From NCBI RefSeq assembly GCF_018350175.1, contig NC_058368.1, positions 167,340,001-167,404,000 on the forward strand: DNA of 64,000 nucleotides, read 5' to 3'. Below the pieces are notes generated by a model. That model ran no database searches. It had not been told where the DNA came from and saw only the letters and a list, made by a program, of their open reading frames with translations. The position numbers were made by a program, and so were the translations under genes. Shown piece after piece: positions 35,953 to 50,429 of the stretch (position 1 is its first letter; every line of letters starts with the position of its first letter). The stretch comes from Felis catus. Lineage: Eukaryota.

Positions 35953-38599
35953 CAAATGTAAACTAAAAGGACTGTAATAATAAGTTAAAATTCTCTTCGT
36001 ATCAAAAAGCTTGTATCAATTATCTTATACACAGGCTATTAAATTAAAAACAAACATTTTGAGATTTCAAGCAACTAAAAGTAATCAAGGCAGCAAACAT
36101 CCTTTTTTGTGAAGAACCAGAAGCTTAGCAGATAGGGTGATATACTCTGGTATTTTCTTTCTCCACATTTTTAGGCCCAATACTGTACTCATCAGTCAAC
36201 ATTAACATCTCTGCCTAACCTTATTCATCCCCAAATCTTAATTCTAAAAGCCAAAATCCTTCTCCTTTACTGTGTCCCTTGTCAATCTGGGTACCTCGAG
36301 AAGTTGTATTTTTAAGAATAGTCAGCCACTTTCTTCTTCCTTTTAAAGAAATGAGTGTGTGTGGGAGCATTAAAAATGCAGTTTTCCATTATGTTTGCCA
36401 CAGGCAATAGTTCTCAATTTGTGCAAGTCAGAAGAAGAGATAGGCTATTAGTTGTTAGCAGAACCTAGTCTTTTCTCTGCAGGTTTTCATGTAGTTTAAC
36501 ATACAACACAGATACATGCAAATTAGACCAGGCGACAGCAGAATTAAGCATTAATATTCCTTTCGCAATAAATGCTGAAAAAGTAAAGCTCACTTAAATA
36601 AACAGTACTACTGAAAATGTCTTCCAGAATTTAATGAATCAAAATCCATTTTGTATCTGTGCATGGAGGTAGGGAACAGAAGAAGTGGTGGGTGTAGGAT
36701 AGAGATTAACAAAAGCCATATGGACTTTTTGGAAAATGGTTACCAGACCACAGAAAAAGTCTTAAAAGTTAGGCCTCTTGTTAGGAAAGAATATCCCAGC
36801 AACAATTGCAACCGGCCATCTGCCCTTTTTTAAAAGGCAGCACAACACCTAATTTTCATATTAAGAACAAAATGACCAGTTACGATGGAATACATTTCAC
36901 CATTTTACCTTTTGAGGTTTAAAACTCACATGTTTTAATAACCTGCTCTTGGCCCCAGGTTTATTAAACTTCTATCCTAAGAGCAACCACAGGAGCTGGC
37001 TACATTTGCCCATACCTTTTATCCTTCCCAGCCAGTGGTGTTTCAAGACTTAAATCACTGGCAGGTTAAGGTCAAAGTCCCAGATGTAACACTTGGAAAA
37101 GAGGTTACTAAGTAGAGGTAGGAACCTTGAAGAAACTTACAATATCATGTAAATGCTAGATTCTCTGATAGGGCTCTAGGGATGTGTCTTTTTTAAAAAA
37201 AAACTAGAAAAGGAAGAGGGGTGTTTCCCACTGTATACTAAGGGTAGAGCAATGTACTCCAAGAGCTAAAACTTGTGTTTCAACACCAGGGAACTGTAAC
37301 AGGGACAAATAATTAGAGTAAAGTTCAGGGAGAGGGAAGTGAAATTAGTTCCAGCTGTGCAGCCTCAGACAAAAGAGAAAATAGAAGGTACCACCCATCA
37401 CACCCATTGCCCCCCTTTCCCTAGCTCTCCACCCCCTTAGGCCAAATTCTCACTGCAAATGCTAACTTAAGTAGTATTTAAATTCCAGGAGCTAAGCCTC
37501 AGAAGATCAATTATTTTTTCTTTGCAACCTCAAATAAATGGCTGAGGACAAGTTTCTTGCCACTGATTTCTAGGAAAACAAACAGGACATTATCATGCTT
37601 TTGTACAGATTTATTTCAAGGGTGGGCAGACTTTTACTTGCCTTTTAAAGCTCAATGACAATGAACTTATTCCTACTGCTACTCAAAAGGGTAGGGTCTG
37701 TCTCATATACTTTGGTATCTATTAAGGCATGACCAAAAAGTAACCTGGATTTTAGAGAATGCTTTTAAATTATCCTCTATACAGGAAGAATTTTCTAGTT
37801 CTTTTTAAGAAAAAATGAAGTCAGCTTAAACGTATCTCCTTCCATGATGTGACTGGAAAAATCCAGTCCACATAGGCACAGAAAGCGAGATAATATTTAG
37901 ATAGTATTTTAATTGTTAACTGTATTACCTCATGTTCAGAGTTTTAAGTTCCTTCCTGGATATTTTACTTTAAAAAAAAAAAATCAACGGACAGGACATA
38001 TTTTAACAGGAAAAGTAAGTTTTCTATTACAAATTGTATTGTAACTATTTTCTGAGACCTGGACTAGCCTGAGGCCACACTACTGAAATGACTGTCCCAG
38101 GTCATTAAGGTCAGATAGTTCTCTCTCTCTTGTTTGTGTTGATTTTGATGAATTTTGCCTGCTGTACCAGATAAGTATAATCTGACAAAAAGAAGACAAA
38201 TAAGCAGAATGACTCACTTACAAAAACTCTTCTTCAGCTAGAAGCCACATAATAAAGGTAATAACAAAAACAAAAACTTAGACAAAAGGCAGAATTCCTA
38301 GAATCTCAGAGAGGAACTATTTATATTATTCCTTCTCCACAGGCTCTTTATGGCACCTCTATGATCTGTTATTGGAGTTTCTGTTAACTGGTAAGCAATG
38401 AGAGCCACGAATTCCATTCCTCATTTATACAGTATTTAGCAGGAACAGTGTATCATATAGCACAAAGGCAGCAAGACAGTCATAAGTCATCAAGTTAATA
38501 CAATTCAAAGAAGCTCCGGGAAAAAAGCTATTATTTCTTTGCAGTTTCCATAACCACTATCATCCTGATCTTCCCGAGTGAGGGACCTTGGAATGGGCA

Positions 38600-38760
38600 T
38601 GGTTTAGTGGTTCAGTACATGCACAATGATGATCTCAATTTTTTTCCTGGTTCACCTGTTCTGGCTTCTGTGGTGCCTTTCAGTCAGCTGCTTAACCTAA
38701 GTGGGCCTCTGTTTCCCTATGGAAAAAAAAAATTAAGTATGACCTCCTCTAGAGGAGCGG
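38600..38760 (+). mobile_element. MIR fragment
   Basis: gcttaacctaagtgggcctctgtttccctat resembles the MIR core. Confidence 0.5.
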
Positions 38761-40324
38761 TAGGCTGTTAGCTTGCACTTAGAAATGCAGGTGACAGATC
38801 TCTTTAGATCTAGAATATCAGGTCACTATTCCACAGATTGACAGAACGAGTTCTGCCCTTACCACTCCTTCTGCACTTGGATTTCCCTCAGCAAGTAGTC
38901 CCTAGTTCTGAGCATACATTTACAGGAAGGGGAGGGGTCGGGTTATGGACAGTTGTGACAAAGTTCTTAGTCATAAGGAAAACCAAGGGGACACGTGTGA
39001 CCTTTTACTTGTAGCCTAAATTAGAAAAACTGTATTCTACCATAGTTTTGATGTGGACATGGGGGGTAAAGGGGTTTATATGAGTAAGTGCGCTTTGGGG
39101 TGAGAGTTCAGAAAATTACAAAGGGCACTGGATGACCTGTTCCTTTTGAAAATCATGCTAAGATTCTCTGAGTTCTTTTTTCAAGCCATGTTAAGAGTGT
39201 GACCGTGCTATTGTATTAGAGAGATGCTGACCAAAGACGAGGACGTAGCTCCCACAGAGCAGTTAGGAGGCCAGGCATGGAGACCGCCTTTGCTGCTGGG
39301 CACAGAGACAGAGTGGAGGGAGCTCTGGTGCTCAGGGACCGCAGCCCAGAGGGGAGGCAGCCTGCCGCCACGCCCACACCAGTTCATGAGAAAGGTTCCT
39401 GCACCCGAATTTGATATTCTTTTGCATCCTATTTGGGTAAATATCTATTTACACATGTCAATTATGTCTTTGTTTTTCTTGGTCAGGAGGCTACGTTCTT
39501 GCAATGTCTGCCATTTCTGGAGCTAAGGTAAGTCTCTGGGCAAGGGTAGCCAGGCCCCATGGAACCCCAGAGGCCTGAACAAATGAATGTTCTCTCTTTA
39601 GAAGGCTAGATTCCCCCAAAGAGGAAGTCATTTAGGTACCAGGACTGTACATTTCGTTTCACACCCAGAATGCTTTCCTTGATGAAGGTTTCAATGTTGA
39701 CAGAGCAAATAAAATCAAAGCTAAGGCTAAGAACCAAATGCTGGTTTGCTCTGGTTGTCTCTAACTAGGACCATTTCCAGGAAAGTTCATGGCTGTGCAC
39801 TGCAGGGCAGCACAGTAGCCAGTCTTTCACAGTTGGCCCCAACTTCAATTTCTTTCTTTAACTCTCCCGCTCCTCCCTGCTTTAATCCACATTAATAGTT
39901 AGTCCCAACAATATTCTCTCCCAGAACCTCCCTGGCTCCCAAGTCTCCTATGACCTTTTCCTTTGCCTCTCAGAAATCCCAGCTCTCTCCGGCCACTTGA
40001 GATAGTTCCCCATTCTTCCAACAGGAAAATCCTCTTCTGGCTTCTTCCATGGATCTGTTTCTATCAGGTAATAGTACCTAACCCATTCTGTTTTGTCTCA
40101 GAGCTGTTACCCTGTGTCTCTGCTGCTCGGATTGGGAGTTCCCTACAGAAGGAGACCTGCTGGGTCCTCAGTGCCTGTGAATCCACTGCTTTGTGTGTAA
40201 CATGTTTTCCAGAAGGATTTGGAGAAGGAGTCTACAGGCCACAAGAATCTGTCGAGCTGTTGACCAAACGGGAACGAAAACTCGGGATTAGAATAAAAAA
40301 GAAAATGGAGAGAGGGGTCAAGGA

Positions 40325-40325
40325 A

Positions 40326-40372
<47 letters not shown>
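40325..40372. repeat. (AAAG)12 tetranucleotide microsatellite
   Basis: Direct reading. Confidence 0.97.
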
Positions 40373-40374
<2 letters not shown>

Positions 40375-41172
40375 CTCTTTTCTTGGAAGGCTCCTCCCTG
40401 TCTCTGCTGTCTTCTTAGGAAATGATCTTGGAAACTGTGACCTAATAGTCAAAACCTGGGGAGATATACAAAATTCAAGGAGGTATTATTTTTCATGTCT
40501 GCAATGTGTGGTTGAGGTGATAAGATGGAAATGAAAGGAATGTGCGCATCTTTAGGAGCCAAAGATGTGCAGAATCTCATGAAATGATCAGTCTGTGTGG
40601 AGCTGCAGGCCCCACCAGTAAATAGGAGAACAAAGGCAAGGTGATGGGAGGATCCGGTGACCTCACGCTTAAGGATAGAAAAGTGACACTGGGGCATCAT
40701 AATCAGAGGTGAAGAGTGAAGCCATCCTGCCTGAAATCCTCTAGTCATTAAGACGGTTTGGCAAGTTAAGGTACCTCAAACACTACATGAGAGAGTAATC
40801 CCAAAATTGTGTTAGGGGATACGGCTGAGTTTAAAAACTAAGCATAGGCGTTTTTAAGAGAATCAAATCACAGAGCGAGTATTCTTTGTGTGTTAAAAAA
40901 AAGCACCTGAGAATGCGGAACCTTAATGCTTTCAAAGCGAATGACAACTGTGGCCATTCAGAATAACTGGTCAGACATGTCAGTCCAATTTAAAATATGT
41001 AATGGAGCAACTGCTTTATATTTTTGACTAATGACATCCTAGGTTACATAGAGTTTTAAAACATTTACCAGAATTAAAACATATTTTTCAGTTTCAATTA
41101 CTATAAGAATTACTTAAATACTTGGGAGGGTTTTACAGTCCCACAATTCAAGTACTTAAAAAGGAAAGACTT

Positions 41173-41270
41173 CTCATGGTGAGCAGTGACTAATGTGTAG
41201 AATTGTTTACTCAATATACTGTATGCTGGCAACTAATATTACTCCATGTGTTAATTGTACTTCACTGGAG
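41173..41270 (+). mobile_element. Short L1 3'-UTR terminal fragment (carnivore-type)
   Basis: ggtgagcagtgactaatgtgtagaattgtt..tcaatatactgta...aactaatatt...tgtgttaattgtact resembles the L1 3' end. Confidence 0.7.
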
Positions 41271-41559
41271 ATACAATATATTCTCTTTACTTTTTATTTA
41301 TTTTTAATTGGTTAAAGGAGTTTAATTAACCGAGTTTGTAAATGGAACCAAATATTTAAATTTCCTAGTCAAATATATAGAATAATAAGATAATGTGTAA
41401 ATGAATGTGAATAGGCTAAATTTGAAAATTTAAACATTTTAAAAATGTGTTATCTTAATAAGTCAAATATCAAATTTGAAATCCAAACTAACCGTTTAAA
41501 TAGACCTTCCTGTGGACATAAACTATCCTCTGTGCACCAAAAATATACTTGATACTTGC

Positions 41560-41885
41560 TTTCAGGCCATGGCTCAAATACTGCCGCCCTAAAGAGGCTT
41601 TCCATGACCACCCACCTGACTGAAAGCCTTATTCTCTCTTTTTCTCTGTCACTGCATCTAGCTCCTTTTATACGTGCTAGCGTAATTGGCAGTTAGAGAT
41701 TTGTTTGTTTCCTGGTTTATTGTCTATTTCCCAATTAAACTGTATGCTGCAGGTGCAGTAACATTTTTTAATACATCACCGTGTTTCTAAAACCTAATAC
41801 ATCACCGTGTTTCCAAAACCAACCTTTGCTTGGTACAAAGTAGGCGCACAGAAAGTATTTTTGAAGGAATGAGTAAGTGAATGAA
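41560..41885 (+). mobile_element. L2 3' fragment
   Basis: ctcaaat..ccg.cct.aagaggctttccatgaccaccc ... gtttattgtct.tttccc ... tatttttgaaggaatgagtaagtgaatgaa. Confidence 0.75.
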
Positions 41886-43339
41886 TTAAAAACCAAATAA
41901 GCCAAAAATACTAAGGTCCATATATTACACAATATAACCAACAGAACCAAGGTGTTCTAGAAATCGGAGATCTTCACAGACTGATTGGCTAGGTTTTCCA
42001 CTCTGTGAATATTACTTTTATATTTCTCTTGCTAAAATACAGAGCAATTTCATGGCTAGATGAAAACTTTGTCCGCTTTATTGCCACAGCAAACTTTTTG
42101 AGAGATTTGTTTACTGTTTGATTTGCCAGAAACCCCAGTTTAGCAAGGAGATAATGCACAGATGGCACCAAGATGCACAATAAAAGGTTTAATAAATCAC
42201 AATTATAACTTTAACATGAAGTATATTAAATATCTCAATGATGTATTTTTTAGGAGCTTCTAGTATTTGAAAAGTACACAGAATGGAGAAAAGGATTACC
42301 ATACTTCAAAATATGTTTCCATTTCTTAAGAAATCTGTGAAGCCAGCATATAAATACAAGCGTTCTATCCACTAGCTATGATATTAATACCAGTGTGCTA
42401 TTTAAGTTTTAAGGAATCATTTACATTTTGATGCTGACTCTACATGTCATATAAATAGGAAGATTTTTTGTATAGCTTAGCATTTTGGGCAAAAAAATTC
42501 ATTCTATTTTTCTTCTGCTTAGTTGAAGAGAAAGTACGTACTCTTGGGTCAACTTATCTTTTTAATCTAAGAGGTCTCAGTTGAAATTGACTTTGAAGTT
42601 TGCTAATTACAAAACTCAACAGGGGTTTTTCCTTATTTGGTATAACTCATATTTCTATTCATTAACCCCAGTTTTAAAAAGATTAGAAAATCTGAATAGA
42701 AACAACTTAAAAGTTTGAAGAATAGCCTCTTCCCCTGTGATATCTTCAGATACTTAAGTGCAAACTTCCCCTCATACAATCTAATTACAAATCTTTTGTG
42801 GTTGTGGAAGGAGAAGGTTATATTCGTACATTTTGAGCTTCCTAACAACAGTGCAGCAGGGAGATGAGAAATCGGTTGAATTTTTTTTTTCACTCCATAT
42901 ATTGGGAAAATTTATGTCTACCTGAGTTACGAGAAAATTGGGGTTCTGACGGGCAATCCTGCTAGCTGCTTTTCGTGGGGCCAAGCCACTGGGTTCAGAT
43001 GCTTTCATTCTGGTGAAAAGATCATTACCAGGCGGCTCCGGGGAAGTTGGCCCTCCTGTAAGTGCGCTCCTTTGTTATGAATATGGAACAGATGGAGCCA
43101 AATCTATCTGCTCCGTAGGAACAAAAACACTTACAACCCAGCTCTCTCTATTAAAGACTCTACTTAGCTCCTTTATACCATTGGCTTTCTGTGCACTGCT
43201 GTGAGGTTTTGACTTTATAGAAAAAGGCACTTCATAAAAGCAACAGTTCTTACTCTTAAACCAAAGTGGCCTAAGAACTAAAGAAGATGAATACATGGTT
43301 TCACCCACAGGACTCCTTGGAGATATGCAGATATTCAAT

Positions 43340-43342
<3 letters not shown>

Positions 43343-43378
<36 letters not shown>
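43343..43378. repeat. (GT)18 microsatellite
   Basis: Direct reading. Confidence 0.98.
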
Positions 43379-43380
<2 letters not shown>

Positions 43381-45756
43381 GAGAAAGACTATTCAGTTCT
43401 GGTAAATGTCTGCTTTAAAACAACATGAAAATATAAAGGAGAACGATGAAGATGTCATGTTTCTCATTACGAGGATGGCATCTAATTGCTCTAGCATAAT
43501 AAAATGCCAGGATTTAATTTTGTGTGTATGTCTGTAAGGCTAGCGAGGACTGTCTTGAACAAAAAATATGACCACGCACAACAAAATCATGCGGGTAAAT
43601 ATAATTAGTAATTAGGACCATGCCACAAAACAAAGGCTATATGATGCTTCCTCCCTATGAAAAATAGTAATAATTACATTCAGTATCATGCCCATTTGCT
43701 TTTATAATCAGAAAGACGTGAATGCGGCAGGTAAATCCAGTGCTTGTGCCTATTTATCATGCCAATGGGCTGAAACACATCCAAAGGCCATACCTACAAT
43801 GTGTTCTTGCCAAGACGTGTGTGTTGACAGATAGGTAGGTGAGTCTCACAGGCTTCTCGGAGAGGATGCAGGACTGGGTGTGCACCTCCCCTACACAGCA
43901 ACACGGGGAAAGGAGTGTCTGCCTTATTTCATTACATTTATTATACTGATACATTTAAAGTCTGGCTGCCTCTTCGAAGATAATTGAAAAAAGAAATTCT
44001 GTGGCAGGATGCTTTGATTCTGACTCAATCAAGTCTTCGGGCAAATTTCCTCCTGCCAGTGGAAGCACAGCTTGCCTGAAGTCGTAACCTTTGTTGGAGG
44101 AAAGGAACTGGCCTTGAAGCAGATCATGAAGCAGATGTTTTATGCCAAATCAGAGTCTGGGGATACGTAGGCTACTGCAAATAAAACTCTTCTTCTGTCT
44201 GTTCAATCATTTCAATTCCCTGCAGTGTGAAATATGAACTTGCCAACAAATGGCCAGCGTGCTGTGCCTCGCAGCAGGGGGGGAAAGTGCCACAGCTGTG
44301 CCAGAGACTGGAAAACTCGAGACGCGCGTGACATGTTCATTATTTCTCTACAGCCAGGGCCTGAGCCAGACCGTTCCCCAGAACCCAGACGGAGGGCAGG
44401 AGCTGGACTGCCCAGTACACCCAAGGGTGAAAGACATGATTTCCACCAAAATGAGACACACGACTTGGACTGATCTCTTGGATGACCCCAGAAGGTCAGT
44501 CTTTACGACAAGAAACCAAAGGGCAGATCTTCTCTGGGTATGAATAGATTGAAAAAATAGGTCTGCCAATGATCACAGCTTTTTTTCTGATTTTATTAGC
44601 AGCCTGCTCTGTGAGCAATAAAAAAAAAAAGAAAAAGAAATAATGAAATACACTTCGAGCCTCAAAGCAACTATGGAAGATTGAAATGGCCCAGTGAAGA
44701 ACCTATCAAAAAGATATCTTGTCTTTATCAGAAAGACGGAATTCTGGAAACCATCTGGCATACTTGTTGCAGGCAAATGTAATACTAGTTCCTTCTAGTG
44801 TTCTGCACTGGCCTTCTAGTTTATTCTGCATTAGTTTCTCAATAATCAAACAGCTAATTTATCTAAATTAAAGAAAAGTAAAATTAACAAGTTTCAGTTT
44901 GAGGTCCTTTGCAACATATTGAACATGCATATTCACACATACCCTTATAGCTGTAATCCTAGATTATAAATATCCCATATTCAGTTCTATTGTGAGATTT
45001 TTCAAAGGTTATTCACATGCTTTCTAGTGCCACATTCTTTCAAGTTTTAATCACGAGCTCCTTAAATAGAAGTCATTTGCATCTGTAAACATTCCCTTGC
45101 AATAGTATTTAGCAGTATATTCTCTTTGTGCAGAGCTACTTTAAAAGGAAAATAACCTTAATATGGAATAACAATCAAGCACAGGCAGAAAAAGATAAAT
45201 TAGAGGCTTGAGGAGCCTCTGTTGCCCCTTTATGCAATTTCTGAAAAAAAAAATGTTTGAAGTTTCTCAATCTTAAAATAGCCCAGAATCACAGTTTATT
45301 TTGGATGATGGATTATAGGAATACCACTCACATAATCCAAAGCATGACCTAAATTATAAGGACATTTTCAAGAAAAGAAATGAGTTTGAAATAATTTATT
45401 ATTTTGAAAAGAGTCCAAATAAGTACACATGGTTCAAGCTCAAAATGATAGACCATTATCACAACTAATGGCCAAAGTCCTCATTAGTTTAGCATTTCTA
45501 AATGGATGCCGTAGTCAATAAATCTGTCGCGGAATGGTTACAAATGATTGTTGTAAGGGATTAATAACAAGACCTATATTTTTATTTTAGGATTCTTTTG
45601 GCACCAATTACTCTAGAATATTATTTCTCCATAATGTTTCTTTTTCTCTATTTAACTTGACCAAATACAAATTAGAAACATGAAATTATTTCTTAATTGA
45701 TACGGAGCTTGGTGGGAGGGAACTTCACTTCAGGATGCATATTACTAATATTATTA

Positions 45757-45975
45757 TAATAGCTACCATTTATCTACTCTTTCTACACACCAGGCACTGT
45801 GCCAGGTTTATTAAATTTAATCCTCAGAACAGTTCTGCAAGGCAGGTATTATTATCTTCAGTTTAGAGACGAGGAAACTGAGGCTTACTGGGATCAGTAG
45901 TTAGCTGAGGACATACACAACGACTGTATGGCAGAACGGATATTCAAATCCAAGTCTTTCTGATGCCAGAACCAT
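45757..45975 (-). mobile_element. MIR, near full length
   Basis: taatagctaccatttat...ccaggcactgtgc...tttaatcctca.aac...ggtattattatc..cagttt.agacgaggaaactgaggct...ttcaaatccaagtct. Confidence 0.9.
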
Positions 45976-46941
45976 ACAACCTCAGTTTATAGTATAAATC
46001 ATACTTTTCTTCATGACTGCCCTACTTCAAATATTTGTTGCATAATTTCCCAGAAGCTCTTAAAAGTCCTTCCAAAAAAATCTGGGAGTAGGTTAAAACT
46101 TGGTAGAACTTGACTGTGTAATCTTAAGCATTTGCAAGAGGTTTCAGTAAGAAAACCAAGTGGAGGTTGTGCCTGCAGGGACATGCCCTATGCATAGTTC
46201 CTAATCAGGTGCATATCACGAAAAAGCCTTTTAATATTATATTACTATAACTGATGTGCTTCTAAGTACCCATATGCACCACTGTAGGAGAAAATACGAA
46301 ACAAAACATAGTAACCAAGTGTTCCAAAAAGAAACCTGGGAAAATTGGCTGCATTCTTAGTGCACGCTCCCTGGTGCAAGGAGAGATTTCTCAGCCTGGC
46401 ACTGTTGTCTCTGACCCCATGGCATCCCTGGGGATTCAGGCAGTTCTTGCCTGTTCCCACCCCTGTGGTGCCTTAGTCTTGGCCTGGAGAACATGCTGAC
46501 AACATGGTGGCATAAGAACCAACATTAACATATAAAGCAGAACCTCCTCTTATCCGAGACCCAACTGAGAGGGCTCCGTCTGGGGGCGGGGCCTGCTGAG
46601 CCCAAAGCCACCTGCCTATTTACATATAGACAGAGTCGGTGGCCTTTCCTGATGCCTCAGAAAAATAACAGATGCAGCAGATTCCCTAATTTTTACCTTA
46701 AATTCAATAAGGATAGGAGTTCATTGATAAGGTCCACCAAGAACGACTTTGTATCTTTCTATTTTTTTTTTCTCTCTCACAATGTAGGTATTTGATCCAC
46801 TGTCTACTCAACAGCATATGTAACATTTCCTACACCATCTATTTTTCAAAAGCACTTCCCTTTATGGACCACATCCAGAGGATCCCATCCAGCCGGAGAA
46901 ACAAAGGATTCTGCTCCACTCCAGACATGTGGACCAAAGTC

Positions 46942-47650
46942 CAGAGTGATCCTGGTAGAACCTAAGTCAGATCATGTCACGCCTCTGCTCAAAAGCCTCC
47001 AACAGCTCCCATGTAGCTCTGATGAAAATCCTGGATTCTTACTGTGGTCAACCATGACCCTGCCTCCCAATCCATCACACACACTGACACACAGTTACAG
47101 AGTTCTCCAACCATGCAGGCACAAAACTCTCCCCAAGCCCTTGCTGTTTTTCTGTTCCCTCTACCTGGACAGCCCTTTGGCCAGATAGACGCATGGCTTG
47201 TTTCCTCACTTCTTTTAGGCCCCTCTTCGAGTGTTAACTATTAGAAAGACCTTCCCTGATCTACCTCTCTCTCCCTCTACCTACTTCTCTATTATACATA
47301 GATATCTTGCCCTATACTATAATTATGTAGATGGATAATCCTGTAAGTATATTTAAATATATTTATATATTCTTACATATAAAATAGCAATTTCTCCACT
47401 TTTATATTCTCCATTCTCCTGGTTTTTTTTTTTTTCCATCATAGCATTTGTCAACTACCTGACATATTTAATATTTATTTATTTCCCTGTTTATCCCTAT
47501 CTGCACTCCCTGGCTCCCCAGCAGAGTGTAGGGTCTATTAAAGCAAGGGGTTTTTTGCCTATTTTTTTCCTCTACTGCGTACACAGAATCTTAAATACTA
47601 TCTGTTCAGCACTGTGACACTCAATAATATCTGTTGAATGAAAGAAGGAA
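46942..47650 (+). mobile_element. L2 3' region
   Basis: cagagtgatcct...aagtcagatcatgtcacgcctctgctcaaaagcctccaa ... gaccttccctga ... ctcaataatatctgttgaatgaa. Confidence 0.85.
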
Positions 47651-50429
47651 AGAAAGGATAAACAGATGAAAGACAAGGTCGCCCCCACAAATGCTTGTTT
47701 GCTTACTGATCTACTATAAATGCGTACAAAATCACAAGGTTGGAGGAGAAAAAGTAAAATATAAAAGCCAGTAACGGAGTAGGCATGTGAGCTTCCTGCA
47801 ATATAAGTAGGTCCTTAAGCCTGCTATAAATGTGAATAAGTGGCTTATTTTTCAAGATAGAGTGGTTTTTCCCCCCACATTCAATTAAGATGCACTAAAA
47901 CATATTTGTATAAAGCAAAATGATTTTAAAGTACTTTTGAAAAAGCTTCTACTAATAACCCGGTGCTTGTTTTCAAGGCATTCTTGTGAAGGGTAAAGGC
48001 AGATGACAGCAAAATATCAGCCAAGCATTAAGTCCGAGAGGGAGGTCAGGTTTTTGTCGGTGGCCTTTATTTGGAGTAATGCTGAGCAGCAGCCTCGATT
48101 CGCCTGGAAATGCATGAGCGGGTAACTCGGACCTGGAGACACGTCTCATCACCATCTGTCAATAGCTAAACATCAAGCACTCTTGCATCCTTACACCGAC
48201 CTCCAGCTTAAATCACTGAATCACAAAACTCATGGTTGTGAACCTGGGGGACAACCTAGTTCAGTCTTCTCATTTTACAGGTTTAGAAACCTGAACTTTA
48301 GCATTTCAGAGGGCTCAAGTAACCCAAGCAAAGTTTACTGTACTTGGGAAAAGGATGTTGAATAGGCTGCTGTGGCCCAGAGACATTCATCACAAGGAAA
48401 GTGTTCACTCAAACTACCTTGGACAGAACTAGGGCAAAGAAATCATCCCCAAAGCTCCTCTTAAATACAAAGAACCAAATTATTAGGAATTAAATATTTA
48501 ATGAATTTATAGTATAGCTAGTTCTGCTAAAATTTATGAAATAGTTTAGTTGAACTTTTTATTTGCTGAACATATTCTTTAGAGAGCATGTAAAATCAAT
48601 GTGTATAATACGTTTATATCCCTTTTATAGAAAAGAGTATAATTTTACTATTTTAAATAACTGTGGAAGGTTATGGCCACTGCATCTTTGCCTCTGACAT
48701 TGGGTCGGTCATAGTTATGATTTATTTTTTCTCAAATATATGGTCAGAGACACAGCCTCAATTAAGATATTACTCCTGGAGGAAAATGGGAGGCACTTTA
48801 CAACTCTCTGCTTTATGATTCTATTTCCAGAAAGCACAGTGGTGAAAAGTGGGAGCTGTCTGTGATACTAATTTGAAAAACTAATGAAGTTATAGAACTG
48901 TTATTTCTCATAAGTAGCTACCAGCCCCTATTCTCTGTACAGTGTAGTACTGTTTTTTACATGTACAACTCCAGTCAAGGCCAGAGCTATTGTCACAACC
49001 CGCCCTCAGCAATACAACACACACCCCCAACACACCACCTCGCCACCATATTAGTAAGGAAGAGGTATATAAAGTTTTATCTCAGTTCTCAGGCATTGAG
49101 AATTTCATTGCACTCCCAAAGAAATGTTCTTCCCACTCAGCTACAGCTATCTTTTCAAAATTTCCAACTACTTTTGCCCCTTGCGACCAATTTGATTCTG
49201 AAAAGTAAACGTAAACCGGATTTTTAGAAGTCAGATCATTTAAAAATGCTCTAGGCCTATTGAAAAGAATTCCTCTTCTCTAAATGGAATGATCACTCTG
49301 CAATTTATCTTTTGTAAAATCCTAATTTTTGTACGTCATGCTTGTTTAAAATGATACAGAACAGACCTGTTCAGATTTCCTCAAGGGGATAAAATCAACA
49401 CCAATTATTTCTTTCTACCCCATTTCAGTTGAAAAGTTCCTCTAGAATAGAAAGCAGAATTTTAAAAATACTTAGCATCGTCTGCCTTGTCATTTTCTTT
49501 AAATATGCATAGATCAAAAATGCCATAAAGCAAGGAGTCCTCCCTGTCAAAGCCTTGTGGTCTCCACTGGAATCCCTTGGATTCTCGCAGAGGTAGATAG
49601 TTCAATCCTTCACCTATTCTCCTACTCCCTTCCTTCTTTCACACTTTGTTTACAATAAGAAAGAAGAGATACACAGTCCCTGCCCTCAGGACATTACATT
49701 TTAGAGAGTGAGGTACAAAATTTGAAATTGTCATCATTGTTCTGAAAAAAGAAGCAAGGAGTTTGTTAGACAGGGGTTGGAGGCTCTGAATGGGATGGGG
49801 TGGTTCCATCAATTGTAAACTCAAGGACCTAGTCCAATGTGCTAAATTCTACATCAAACTTAGGCACAAAGACGTTAAAAGCCTGAAAGGGCAGATTCAA
49901 TTAGGGCCTTTTGGCAATCTGGATACACTTGCTAATCTGAAGGGAGTACCAGACAGGAGGAAATTAAAAAGCATGTATTGAATACCTATGCTATGTTCAC
50001 TCTAGGAGCTAAACCAATGGAGGTAGGGACTACGTTTCACTTTTTGTTTTTGGGTTATAGGTGTAGGAAGCTCCCATATAGCTACATCCTAGAGTAGCTT
50101 CCAAAGATATCAAGGCTTTGGTTACGCTTTGGGCCCGGCAAACAGAAGTTAACGATTTAAAGCATCAAGGGCACTTTCCACACAAGTCTGTGGGGGAGCA
50201 GAAGGACTCATGAGGTTGCACAGGGGACAATGTAGTGGAGCAGCCATGTAGATGGCATGACGCCTTTTGCAGAACAGTAAGATACCACATGAAAAGATTA
50301 CGACATAGTACTGGGAAGTGCAAAACTGCCTAATGATGCGTTACAAAAAGTTAGACTAACAATGCTCAGCACCAACTTTGAAGGCATATTAGGGAATGCC
50401 TTCCTTCCTCTAGCCCCCCCGCTTAGTCA

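Noticed and set aside
39963..40418. 151-aa ORF with KKERKKER repeats
   Set aside because: Read-through of the (AAAG)n microsatellite; no homology recognised.
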